Source: Dendrobates tinctorius (lineage: Eukaryota). From it: a stretch of 64,000 nucleotides of DNA. Positions within the stretch are counted from its first letter, which is position 1. The number at the start of each line of letters is the position of its first letter. Below are positions 1-12,596 of the stretch, one piece after another. The DNA is taken from positions 19,654,001 to 19,718,000 of the forward strand of contig NW_027361821.1 of NCBI RefSeq assembly GCF_039654945.1, given 5' to 3'. Both the position numbers and the translations under genes were made by a program. The notes beneath the pieces are model-generated. The model ran no database searches. It was not told the origin of the DNA and was given only the letters and a program-made list of their open reading frames with translations.

Positions 1-453
1 TTAACATCTGCGAGGGCATTATTTCTTGCTGAGGTTGAAGGGTATTCTCAGAGGTGATTAGTTGTTAAGGTGGCAGTCAAGAGAAATAATTACTTTTTAA
101 GGGGACAACCTTCAAAAAAAAAAAAAGTTTTTAAAGTTGCCTTCACTTTGATGTGACCCATGACCATCTCTCCCAGCTCAATGTTGCTCTGAACGGTGGG
201 TTATCCAGTCTGTATTATGTACATATGAAGGGTCTTTTAAGCCTTTAAAAATGTATCTGCTCCAAAAACCAGCACAAAAAAATGCCCCTCTGACAGATAT
301 TGATTTAATTGGCAATCCTTTGAAAACACATGAATGTTCAGATGAGACAAGAGCTCACGTGTATGGGCGAGCCATGAGAGATCACTGTAGATCTGCTGAC
401 AACCATCAAAAGCTTTTGTGCATCTCCATAGTAACAATCAGCATAAGATAATT

Positions 454-502
454 CAAAGACAACACACATTTACACTTGGTAACCAAAAGGTATCACTTTA
501 TT
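454..502 (-). terminator. Probable distal polyadenylation site of ACSL4
   Basis: AATAAA at 502-497, CA about 20 nt downstream, then GU-rich ATGTGTGTTGTCTTTG (about 470-454). Other minus-strand AATAAA hexamers lie at 3893-3888, 2332-2327 and 2052-2047. Confidence 0.6.
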
Positions 503-2606
503 CATCCTTGCTTTAAAACCGTATGATCTCAACTGTCCTCAATGGAGGTAATAATCCTGAGACAGCATAGAATACAGGCTATACAATGAAGACACGCAAA
601 AGGAATTTCTCTTATAAATTAGTTCATACAAAAAAAAGTACATCTATAGATCTGTCAAAAAAAGAACAATCAACCAACAAACATTCAGACCTTATATATG
701 CATTAATGACTGGCTCACTGCTGTTCTACAAAAACCATCTGAAGCTGGAAAGTGACAGCAATAAATTAACACATAGTAAAAGATTTAACTATATTGATAT
801 GTTCAAAAAAGTACACAACCATACAAGCCTACAGATTAAAGTGGTCCCTTTTGTGGCAGTGATCAAATACAGTTCCCTCATCAGAATATTGTATGGCTGT
901 TTTTCAAGGAAAGCACAAGTTCCCTACATCCCATGGAAGCAGTCAATTGCTCTAAGTGCCGCCAGGCCTACATGCTTCGTCAATGTCGTCTTCTTATGTT
1001 GATTGGGCTAAAACCATGAGAAATCTGAGAGACAGATTGCTTTGGTTCCTGGTGCTCCAAGTGACCACAGAATGGAAAAGGCAGCTTGGTGGTCAATTTT
1101 AAGACTAGTTTTAGTGGAAAGACTATTTGCTAGGAAAGAAAAGGTATGTCTATAGATTTTTTTTTTTTTTTTACACTTTCTAACAGACTAGTCGATTTTG
1201 TTCACAATCCCTGTATAATGGTCACCAGGCTTCATAGTATCTACTGTACGACTGCTGGTAGATTTTATCACAAGATGTGGCAAACACGTTTCGCTTACTG
1301 CTACTCAACCATTTCCAAGGCTAGTCATCTGTGCAGCTGGTTCTGGGATTCTACAACTATATGTCCCAAATGCCCCAAAAATTGTCAAACTTGCCCCATG
1401 GCTTTAAAATGAAATCCAGCCAAAAATATTCCAGCTAAAAATACTGGCTATAGAAGACAGCAAACATATGCAAGTTTCCCAAAAACTAAGGTATACAAAA
1501 AAATAAAAAGTTTCTACAACCCCATATTTTCATACAGTGACAATACAAGACTGACTTGTGGTCGTCATATACACAGCAGATTAAATAAGCTTTAAAATAG
1601 ACTCTTCCTAATAAATAGTTTGAGATCTTAAAAAAAGGTCCATGTTCTGCGGCTAGCTGACAACTGTACAAAGCAATTCACTACCACTGACAATTCATTG
1701 TAAGAAAAAGTGCAAGGTAAATTGAATCAAGAGTTGTTACTTTTCCAGAACAAGTCTAGCTGCGACCTACCCAGTCACCGACAGAGCCTGCTGGGGATTG
1801 TGGTTCTCAGCTAGCCTAGCCCTGCTTACAATATGTATTTTGTATGTAAACCACAAAATACAGATAACCAAAGTTATACATAGGAAACAGTGTAAAAATA
1901 AAGTCAAGAGAAATCCTAGGGAGAATTGTTGGCCTACAGCCAGCAGTGCAGCAGCCCCTAATAACCGTGGATTATCTCTATGAATAATACACGTCGAGTT
2001 TCCAGTCTATATACCGAAAAGAAAAGTAACATTCTAGTGATTCAATTTTATTTTTGCGCAACACCCGTAAGCAGTCACTTTACACTCCTATCTCCGGGAT
2101 ATTTTGGTTTTAATCTAGTAATCTTCCCAGGTCAGATAGATTGAAGTACATGATACAAAGTAACAGGACAGAAACAAGGCAGCCCTGATATCTCCATATC
2201 CCCTACAAATATACCCCTTGTTAAAGATTTGTGTAGTTCATTGCTCTGGGTCTAAATTAACTGGTTATTTGCTCACTAAAGATGGAAGCGTGCATAAGAC
2301 ATATGCTTTTTTTTCCCCCCTCTTTCTTTATTGCAATTTTATATTTGTTTTTGGTTGCAAATATGTCAAAATGCAAGCTATTAGAAAGGAACCTAGAGTC
2401 TCCAATATAAACTTCTCATCCAAAGGTGTTTTGTAACGGGCTGTCTTTTGCACAATACAAGTCCATCTGTCCGTTATATACACACACAAGACTATGCAAG
2501 TTACGGACAAATTGTATATGATCAGACTGATCAATTTTTTTTTTCCACATTTGTGGCCAAATCAAAAAAGGCCACAGACCAGTAGCATTACTCATTGCAA
2601 CTTTAA

Positions 2607-2863
2607 AGGGAATCTATCACCCCTTTTTTGAGATATCATATAATGATATCATTCAATTGTGTGTCACATAAGGATTCTCTTAGTACTTTTGCTTCCCCCT
2701 GACCCCGCACCTTTCATGCATAAATACATCTGAACCGATATAAAAAAGGTATTATGCATAAAAGGTGCGGGGTCAGGGGGAAGCAAAAGTACTAAGAGAA
2801 TCCTTATGTGACACACAATTGAATGATATTATATGATCTCTAAAAAGGGGTGACAGATTCCCT
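2607..2863. mobile_element. Palindromic T2-like MITE (TTAA target)
   Basis: TTAA|AGGGAATCTATCACC...GGTGACAGATTCCCT|TTAA; the arms are near-perfect inverted repeats over more than 100 nt. Confidence 0.9.
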
Positions 2864-3209
2864 TTAAGGCTACAGTCACACCTTCAGTATTTGGTCAGTA
2901 TTTTAAATCAGTAAATGAGCCAAAACTAGGGGAAAAGTCTAATAGAAACCCGTCACCACTTGTCAATTTCTCGAGCACTCCTGGTTTTGGCTGACAAATA
3001 CGGATGTAAAATATGGAACATGGCATAATAGGTAGTACTGAATGGTTATTTTGGGCAATTTTTTTTCCTGACAAGTTGTTAGACAAACAACCTAGATTAC
3101 AACATCTTGGTCAGTCTTGTTCTGGCCCGTTCTCCAAACACAGCCGAAGGGACAACTTCTATTTTAGTGGTCTGGATTACAGTGAAGGGTTTTTCCTTCC
3201 CTCCATTAA

Positions 3210-3801
3210 AGGGAATCTGTCACCTCATTTTTGGCCTATAAGATGCGGCCACCGCCATCAGGGGCTTATCTACAGCATTCTGTAATGCTATAGATAAGCC
3301 CCGATGTAACCTGAAAGAGAAAAAAAAATATGTTAGATTATACTCACCTGGGGATCTGGTCCGGTCCGATGGGTGTCGCAGTCCGGTCCGGGGCCTCCCA
3401 TCTTCTAGAGATAACGTCCTCCCTCTGCTGCGGCTCCTGCGCAGGCACTCTGATTTGCCCTGTTGAGGGCACAGTAAAGTACTGCAGAGGGCAGGCGCCG
3501 GACCTCTCTGACCTTTCCCGGCGCCTGCGCACTGCAGTACTTTACTCTGCACTCAATAGGGCAGAGCAGTGCGCCTGCTCAGGAGCCGCAGCAGAAGTAA
3601 GGAGGAGGACATCATCGCATGAAGATGAGAGGAACCGGACCGCGACACCCACCGAACCCGCCCCCCGTGAGTATAATCTAACTTTTTCTTATCTTTCAGG
3701 TTACATCGGGGGCTTATCTACAACATTACAGAATGCTGTAGATAAGCCCTTGATGGTGGTAGCCGCAGCTTATAGGCCGAAAATGGGGTGACAGATTCCC
3801 T
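3210..3801. mobile_element. Palindromic T2-like MITE (TTAA target), same terminal motif as 2607-2863
   Basis: TTAA|AGGGAATCTGTCACC...GGTGACAGATTCCCT|TTAA; inverted symmetry through almost the whole 592 bp. Confidence 0.92.
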
Positions 3802-4097
3802 TTAAAGGCATCTTGTTAACATGAGATCATGTGGTGTGTTTGGAGCAGTGTGTCTATAATTTGTCATTACTTATGTATTATACTAACTTTATTTTCAGGG
3901 TTTCCACTTAATGTCTAAACAGAAGGGAACAAAGACTATACCAACTACCTACACTAGATACAGCAATTCTTCCAACAAATACAGAAACAAGGATGCCTTT
4001 CCCATAAGTTATGAGCTCACAATGTAAAAGTGGTGCTGTATGTATGTACACTTTGTTCTAATAAATATCCTTTCTGGATTCATGTGCATCAGTGTTT

Positions 4098-4235
4098 NNN
4101 NNNNNNNNNNNNNNNNNNNNNNNNNNNNNNNNNNNNNNNNNNNNNNNNNNNNNNNNNNNNNNNNNNNNNNNNNNNNNNNNNNNNNNNNNNNNNNNNNNNN
4201 NNNNNNNNNNNNNNNNNNNNNNNNNNNNNNNNNNN
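4098..4235. other. Assembly gap (138 N)
   Basis: Run of n in the proximal 3'UTR. Confidence 0.99.
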
Positions 4236-4395
4236 CTGCACAAACATGCATAGTCATAACATATCCCAAAGATACAACCATTGTCCATTCTGTAGAAAGG
4301 CGTCCCTTAGTCTGATGAGGGAAAAAAAAAAAAAAAAAAAAAAAAAAGAAGAAATACAGCAATCCAAAACGGTAAGTCCAAATGTTACTACGGTC

Positions 4396-4602
<207 letters not shown>

Positions 4603-4659
4603 TCAGCTCAAAAATGTAATAAATTTTATAATGGAAGACATTACGTTATTCAGGCTCCG

Positions 4660-5640
4660 TGGCGTATGGTGCCTGGAGATAAGCTCTGGAGGCAGAGTTG
4701 TTTTACATAAAGGAAGAGTTACCAATGTGAGACATGTAATGGCTGCTCTCACTGCAGAGCTGTGTGTGGTTATACCTGACACAGCTGAAGGTTCCTCTCA
4801 GCTTCCAGCTCACAGGCAGACAGGGCTGCAATATTGTTACAATACAGCAGAGCTCAGAGAGCCACAAAAAGTGTTTGGAAGACGACAAATTTTATTTGTC
4901 CTGTTCAGTGTTAGTTACTTGTCACACTGGTAAAGGCCCAGTCACACACAGCGATCTCGCTAGTGAGATCGCTGATTTTGTGACGCCACAGCGATCTCGC
5001 CAGCGACACCGCTATGTGTGATGGGGATCAGCGACCGGCCCCCCTGCTGGGTATCGTTTTTCCCCATCACTGGTCTCCCGCTGGCCAGCGCGCATCGCTG
5101 CGTGTGACCGAGAGACCAGCGATGCTGGATTCTAATGTAAACATCGGGTATCCAGGAGCTGCGCAGCTCTTAGATACCCGATGTTTACCTTGCAAACCAG
5201 CGTGTATGCCGGTTTCCAAGGTAAACAGCAGGTATCCAAGAGCCGCAGCTCCTAGATACCCGATGTTTACATTAGAAACCAGCTTGCTCGCTGGTGCTGA
5301 TCGCTGGAGGGGCTGTATGTGACAGCTCAGCAGCGATCAGCCTAACGATGTCCCAGCGATCCCATCCAAGTCGGATCGCTGGTGGGATCGCTGGGACATC
5401 GTTATGTGTAACGGGGCCTTAACACCCCTTCATGTAAAATAATCTATGGAGGCAGAGTCATCTTACAGGCAGAGTCCTCCCCAGAGCTTGGAAGAGGTCA
5501 TCTGCATATAAGAAAAATGTGGAATTCTCTGGAATAAGATATCAGATCACAGATATCAAGGTATCATTTATTCAGCTTCCTTTGCCCTACCTGCCTATAT
5601 AGGCAGCTTAGGAGGGTTGATCCTACTGACAGATTCTCAA
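4660..5640. mobile_element. Older T2-like MITE interrupted by a younger MITE; related partial copies near 32890-33110 and 56655-56950
   Basis: Right end GATCCTACTGACAGATTCTC. The block GGAGGGTTGATCCTACTGA / TCATTTATTCAGCTTCC appears reverse-complemented at about 56665-56725. Confidence 0.6.
4934..5419. mobile_element. CGAT-rich Harbinger-like MITE, family A
   Basis: TAA|AGGCCCAGTCACAC...GTGTAACGGGGCCT|TAA; many AGCGATC repeats. Confidence 0.88.
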
Positions 5641-6186
5641 TATTAGAAAGAAAAAAAAAAAAAAAACACCAAAAAAACATTTTTCATACATAATATATAC
5701 AGACTAAACAGATGCAACAGACAGAATCTTACACATTCCACTTTTGTACTTGAAAATTACTTTAAACGACTAGCTTTACCACTAGATGGCAGCAGAGCCT
5801 TGCTCTGCACTTAACACATGGTGTGATGTGATTAAGGCTGTGTTCACACCTCGTTATCTAAGTGAGGAATACATCAGGAATATTTCCCATATAACTGACA
5901 TATGCCACTTTATAGACAAAAACGTGTGAGCCATAAACCTATTGTAAAAAAAAAAAAAGTTTAGTATGTCCCTCTGCAGAGGAAGGCTAAAAGACTTTTC
6001 CTATACAATGGGGGAAAAAACTAAACAAAAAATAGATAGAATATGGCAATGCTTTCTGGCCTAGAGATATTAAAATATATATGTCTTCTGCACTGAATGT
6101 ATGGACAATTAGGACTCCAACCATCAAGTTTAGTGTTTAGCATGCCGGTCTTGAAGGCTGAGCTGGAGTAAGATGCAATGCATTCA

Positions 6187-6518
6187 TTAATGGTGCTTTT
6201 ACTTGGTGCTGTGTTCCCGTTGGGATATACAGCCTAAATGCCCCGCAAAACAGGGTCCGGACACATGTGCTGACGGTACTATAGACTAATGGGGACGGGA
6301 GAGCAAACATGCCCTCTGTGCGCTCTTTCGCATGTGTACACCTACAGGAGGCGGACAACTCAGATGAAGTCAAAATGACCACTCCCGAAAAAAGTGCACG
6401 CAGAGAGCACGTTCGCTTGACCGTGACCATCACAGCCTATGGCCCTATCAGCACATGCGTCTGGCCCCCGGTTTGCACGTATGCCCCGACATACAACGCA
6501 GTGTGAAGGCAACTTTAA
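6187..6518. mobile_element. Degenerate palindromic MITE
   Basis: Imperfect inverted repeats (CACATGTGCTGA / TCAGCACATGCG; TCTGTGCGC / GCACGCAGA) with TTAA near both ends. Confidence 0.45.
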
Positions 6519-7058
6519 TGCATGCACTTCATCTTTCAGCAGATGTGTGCAACAGGAGCACATTTCTGTCGTATTATACTCTACTGTGTGGTGTCAATTA
6601 TGATCAATTGTTTGATGAATTGGAGTTAATGTGTGAAGCACTTTTCTGGGGCATGTGTTGAGAGGTAGATGGGGAGTATGGGGGGGGGGGCACACATCAA
6701 AAACAAGTTAACCGAGTCAGACTATGGCAAATTGTGCAAATTTAGAGGCTTTCAAAATATATTCTTCCCAACCAAGCCCTCCTAACACCCCAAGCAACAG
6801 ACAGAGGAATTGGATGTGAAGTGAATGGCGGCTATATTTCATGCCGCACGTTTAGGTAGACTCCTAATATAATCCTACTGGTGACCATCTCTGGCTGCAG
6901 CTGCTAGTAAGGAGTTTACAGCCATAGGTACAGTAGTGAAGCCAAATTTCATGTCATCATGGCTGTGATGTGGTATGGTTACAGAAAGGCGCAGCGCCCA
7001 GGGCAGAACATAACCAGCTAAAGATATTACAAGACAGAAAAAACAAGATATCACTTAC

Positions 7059-7216
7059 TTGAGGATGCTACCTCCTTAATCTCCTTTAACACCTCTGCCT
7101 CCATTGTAGGATTGTTACAGATTTCCTCCCATGCTCCTTCAATCCCATGCTGTAGTGCTAAACTGGTCAGCTTCTTCTGATTAGGAACGACAAAGCTGAT
7201 CACGTAAGACTGGAGA
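7059..7216 (-). CDS. ACSL4: ACSL4 coding exon 13 ([14 protein letters not shown]...KEVASS)
   Basis: 158 nt, CAG/GTAAGT, within ORF 7051..7488. Confidence 0.95.
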
Positions 7217-7554
7217 CTGAAAAAGAGAGAAGGAAGATTAGAGACAGTCTCCAAGGGCACAGATGACCCATAACATTTGATGGGGGAAAAACAAAACCAT
7301 GAATGTACTTCATAAAGTTGGACTGTTAATCTGTTACCTAGCGGGATATACACAAATGATAAATATTCACTGCAACTAGCCATAGTGTAGAAATTATCGA
7401 ACTTAATTTGAAATGCTTTTATCATCACTTTTTTTTTTTTTTTACTTAAAAGCAAAGTGTGGTGGAAAAGGAAGATGGATTTTAACAATCATAGCATGTA
7501 ATCCTGGCTTCAGTTATAAACGCAGACCATGTGGAGAAGGAAAACTGCGGGGAA

Positions 7555-8655
7555 ATACAGGGGGTCAGTATTGGGCCCTCTAATATTTATGAACAATCTT
7601 GTAGAGGGCATACAGAGTAGAATATCAATATTTGTAAAGGATACTAAACTCTGCAAAGTAATGCACACAGGGGAAGGTAATTTATTATTTCAAAGGGATT
7701 GAAGGAAGCTGGAGGCTTGGGCAGAGAAATGGTAATTGAAGATTAACAAATTTAAGGTCCTGCACATGCAAAGGAAATAAAATGCACAGGTATTGTACCA
7801 AGTAAAACTCACTGAAAAGACTTGGGCATATTGGTGGAAAAAAAAAAAAATAATCTACAATGATCAGTGTACGACTATGAATGGACAGTAGAGATTTTTT
7901 TTTTTTTTTTTACACTTCGGTCTGAAATGATGAGAAGCTAAAAAAGGATCAAACACACGGTGATTCTTTACTGTAAGAGCAATGAGATTAAAGGGGGTTT
8001 TACACTAAGCGATATCGCTAGCAATATCGCTAAAACGTCACTGGTTTTGTGACGTTATAGCGATATTGCTAGCGATATCGCTATGTGTGATACTTACCAA
8101 CGACCGGCTCCCCCGCTGTCCATCGCTGATCGCGCGAGAATGCCCGGCTCCATTTCTCGTCGGGCGCTTCCTGCTGAGACTTCCTGCTGTGACGACGAGC
8201 GACGCTGGAGGCGGGCGGGAGGACGCAGGATCGCTGTGTGTGAATGGTAAGTATCGTGCGCTGCGTCGCTGCTGCATCGCTGTGAGGTCTTTCTGTATGA
8301 AAGCTCACTAGCGATCATTTAGCGATGCACCAGCGATCCTGACCGGGTGGGATCGCTGGTCGGATCGCTGGTGCATCGCTAAATGTAAAAGGGCCTTTAG
8401 GAACACTGCCACATGATGGTGTCTATTGATTCACTGCAAAAAGTACAAGGACGGCCAGAATGTCTTTCCTGAAAATATTTCTGGTGACAAAATACAAGAC
8501 TCAAACTAATGTTGATCCAGGGAGGTTTTATAATAGTTTTTCCCCCCCTTCAACAAGGGGCAATTAGCATTTGCCTCACAGGATTTTTTTTACTTTCTCT
8601 GTATGTCAGGTATGGGTTGAAATAGATTAATTTTTTTTTCAACCTCTACTATAAA
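7555..8655 (+). mobile_element. Decayed CR1-type LINE fragment (RT plus 3' end), interrupted by a MITE
   Basis: Conceptual translation at 7558-7770 gives QGSVLGPL..IFMNNLVEGIQSRISIFVKDTKLCKV...KLEAWAEKW; CR1-like 3' tail at about 8400-8655. Confidence 0.75.
7992..8396. mobile_element. CGAT-rich Harbinger-like MITE, family A
   Basis: Ends AGGGGGTTTTACACTAAGCGA / TCGCTAAATGTAAAAGGGCCT with TWA flanks; reverse-complement relative of 38089-38476. Confidence 0.88.
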
Positions 8656-9121
8656 AACACTGCTATGCTGAAGATGATGTTGCAATTTGACATGTTGAAA
8701 ACCTCTTTACAAACACTAGTGCTATGCAAACATTCGGCCCCATGAAGTGTGGAGTTTAATGATTGTCTGAAATTTCTAAGTTCCTTAACTGCAACAAGCA
8801 AAAAAAATAAAATGCTAAAAAATAAAAATAAAACATCTCAAATCTGATGCCGGCTCATTGTCATAGCCCGGGTGGTCTCTGCCTGGCTATGTCCACTTTG
8901 CTACAGTGATGACATGGTGTCCATGCGCACATGACAGCTTGCTGTAGATGTCATATGTATGGATGACACATTATCACTGCAAGATAAGTATGCAGATTGA
9001 AGGAGACCACCAGAGCGAAGCAAGAATTTAAAATGATTGAAGGATTTTTTTTGCCTTTCACTGCATTTTCTGCTGATTGGGAACTTTGTAAAGCCTCTAA
9101 ACTAGTGGTATGCATTTGCAA

Positions 9122-9421
9122 AAGTGATGAGACCATGCGGGGAAAAGGTGTCATCTGAAAGTGCTCGACTGCTAATAGGAGTATCTTCTGCGCGCTCGAA
9201 AAATCTGTTCAGAGTCCTCGCAGCTGCATGTCTAGTGGCTGTTAGACAGCTGCAATACATGCATGGATTTCCTTTTTGCCAATCCCTGCATGTGTTGCGG
9301 CTGTCTAACAGCTGGAAGACATTCAGTCGTGGGGACTCAAACATATTATTCGAGAACTGCGAAGTTACTCGGGAAGCACATGAGCATGGATAACCCCTTA
9401 TTCGAGCACGTTCTCTCATTA
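9122..9421. mobile_element. hAT-like MITE (TAGTGATGAGCG-type ends); partial relative at 21449-21640
   Basis: AGTGATGAG start and CTCTCATTA end; internal palindrome GACAGCTGCAATACATGCA / TGCATGTGTTGCGGCTGTC is shared with 21449-21640. Confidence 0.6.
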
Positions 9422-9690
9422 GGTTGCAGTAACCCAGCATAAAACAATGTGGCCCACAATGCAGACAGCTTTGCATTAACCATAGAAGGTGCAGTCAATG
9501 CTCGTGACGGGCTGTAATGGTTTGACAGTTGCAGTGTGGCAAAGCCTCATGCTGTAAAGTGCCGTGTTGCTGCAGTTTTATGATTGTAATAACTGGTAAT
9601 AAAACAAGTTTCTGTAAAACTATACTTCGATTTATCACTCTCATTACCCTGCATAATCATAAATACAGCAATTTATAACCGCTAAGCTCA

Positions 9691-9855
<165 letters not shown>

Positions 9856-9903
9856 TTAGGTTTAGACAATGAATAGATCTGTCCCAGGTGTTTAGTAGCA
9901 CTA

Positions 9904-10191
<288 letters not shown>

Positions 10192-12554
10192 CTAAAAACT
10201 AAACTAAAAATTAACCCATCATGCACAAATGCCATTTACCTGCATATATAGGGTTAGTCTGCAGGTAAATAGCATTACTAGGCTGCCTTCCTAGAAGAGC
10301 AGCTGCAGGGAGAAAATGAACTTCTAGTCTTCCAGTAGCTGCTTGCTTCCAGTCACCACTCAATACATTGGGAGCATCGCTGTGATCACTCCCCAAAACA
10401 CTGACTGACTGCCAGCAATGCAGCATGTGTGCGCTCAGAGCTGGTCGCATAGGCTGTCAAAGTGCAAGGAAATTATTACGATGGCTGCACTCACTGTATC
10501 ACTGGTACAATGATTTGAAGAGAGCAGCTGCAGGGAGAATATAAAATTCATTTTCTCCCAGTATTTGCAGTTCCAGTAGGGCAGTATTAACCCTGTAGCT
10601 ACAGTTAATTTGCCATAACCAAAAAAGCTACATTTAAAATATCAACCCAATGTCTGTTATAGATAAGCGGATATTTAGATTATCTTCTACATATATTTTT
10701 ATTGCCAAAAATGTGAATAAATTCAAGTGTAAGAAGACTAGAATTGCTTTCTTTCAGGATATAGATATGAAGAATGTAAAATGGAGCTAAAACATGGTTA
10801 TGTGAGCCAGTCATAAGCCCAAAAGTATGTTTCATCATAACTAAAATTATATATTCTATTAAGCCATCTTAGATGACCATGTATCATTGCGGATAGATAT
10901 GGTCAGGCGTTTGTAGAACAGAGCAGATCCATTGCACCAGCATGATCAGCAATGTCTATCTTGCTGTATTAGGACATGGTGATTGGGGCCCTGAAATCTT
11001 TGCTCCCAAACACACTTGTCAGAATTTACAAAGGTCAGATTTCCATGCAGTCATAGCACTCCTACAGACAAGAGGAAATGCTAAAGTATTTCCCCCCCGA
11101 ATTCATCATGTCATTAATGCGTGCCTCCAGTCACACAAACCTTTACAGTCTCCTGATAAATGATTATGGTATATATCTGATCATACACACAAAAGGTCAT
11201 TATATGTTCACTTATTTCACTAAATGCTGAATAACGCAAAAAAGTACAGGCCAATATTAGAAGCTTTGTATACATATCAAGGGAATCTGCTTTTTTCTTT
11301 ATTAGCCACTTTTTGCATCCTTTCTGCCTCCTAAATTCACCACTATGAAAAACAGATAATGCTGTCAACAAGACAGAATCTAAGAACTGACCAGCTTTCT
11401 GATGAGGACTACAGCTGTCTACTGAAGTCTTTGGTTAGGGAGAATGAGAGTGATTGAAAAAGAGGCCCACTTTGCAGGTGCTCTCTAGTAAGTGTTGGAT
11501 TCACAGCTACAATGCTTAGTACAGCAGTATAATATCCTCCATGCTGCTGCTTCTAAACACATGCAGTGTAGACACAGGAGAGCAGTGATTGCTCATGTCT
11601 GTATGTGCTACATATAGAAGATGGCATTCACATCCTATGATATCTGCTAACTCAGACAACAGAAGATGAGAAACTGAGCCTGCAGAGGGAAAAACTGGTG
11701 GGAAAAAAAAAAAAAAAAAAAAGGAGAAAACAAGTCATAAAATAGGTCAGAAATAGTACAACTCCTCATCTACATACAAGATGACTTATTCTGGAAAAAA
11801 TACCTGCAGTGACAAGTACACTTTAATTACACATAAGCGGATGCAAGAACTGCAGAGACTGCAAAATGCTGTCACATGGGAGAAATACCGGTCAGTCTAC
11901 TCTCCCGGGAGCTTCTAATAAACTTTCACATCTCAGGTAAACCAGGGAGTGAGCCGGGGCATTTCCTTATTAGCACTGTATAAGGAAGAACACCAAAATG
12001 CAACTCTATTCCTCCACTCCCGTCATTTCAGAAACACTAAGGACTAACGCAAACCTGCAATCAGGTCGTCATACAAAAGCCCCATTCTGAGTATGGTCTA
12101 AACACTTCCACTGTGTGAGCTGAATGAAGCCATTAGATCCACCTTGCCCAGGGACCAGTATCGGTAACCAGATGGGAGAATGAATAGAGCTTGCACATAA
12201 TGGATGTATTTTGTACACATTACCTTGCATGAGCGGAGCATTACCCAATGCTGGAACCAGTGTGAGCTGCATTACCCAGCACGGCCAGCCGTCACAGGCA
12301 GGAACCTGACACTGACTTGACCTACACCCACATAGCCAGCCTCCTGCCAGAAATGCACTTAGGTTAAACAGATGTGAGACTGATCCTGCCATTCACCTAG
12401 TTTACATACACAAAAGTGTCCTAATCCCTATAAGCTGCATTGTCCCGTAAAACTGGCTAAGCACCTGCTCACTGGTACAAAGGTCATGGGAGGCGTAGTT
12501 CAGATTCAGAAATGTATTAAGCTGTTGTCAGACATCAGCATCAAGCGTCCGATA

Positions 12555-12560
<6 letters not shown>

Positions 12561-12591
<31 letters not shown>
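12561..12591. repeat. (AG)n microsatellite
   Basis: About 15 AG units. Confidence 0.95.

Positions 12592-12596
<5 letters not shown>

Noticed and set aside
586-1002. 138-aa plus-strand ORF and the many other 60-160 aa ORFs in introns and MITEs
   Set aside because: No recognisable domains or splice support; expected by chance or produced by repeats.
3881-3900. Plus-strand TACTAAC-TTTATTTTCAG as the acceptor of an antisense gene
   Set aside because: Branch point is only about 11 nt from the AG, no supported exon follows, and the same bases are the minus-strand AATAAA.
11399-11430. CTGATGAG-GAC...GTC as a hammerhead core
   Set aside because: No GAAA follows the putative stem II.
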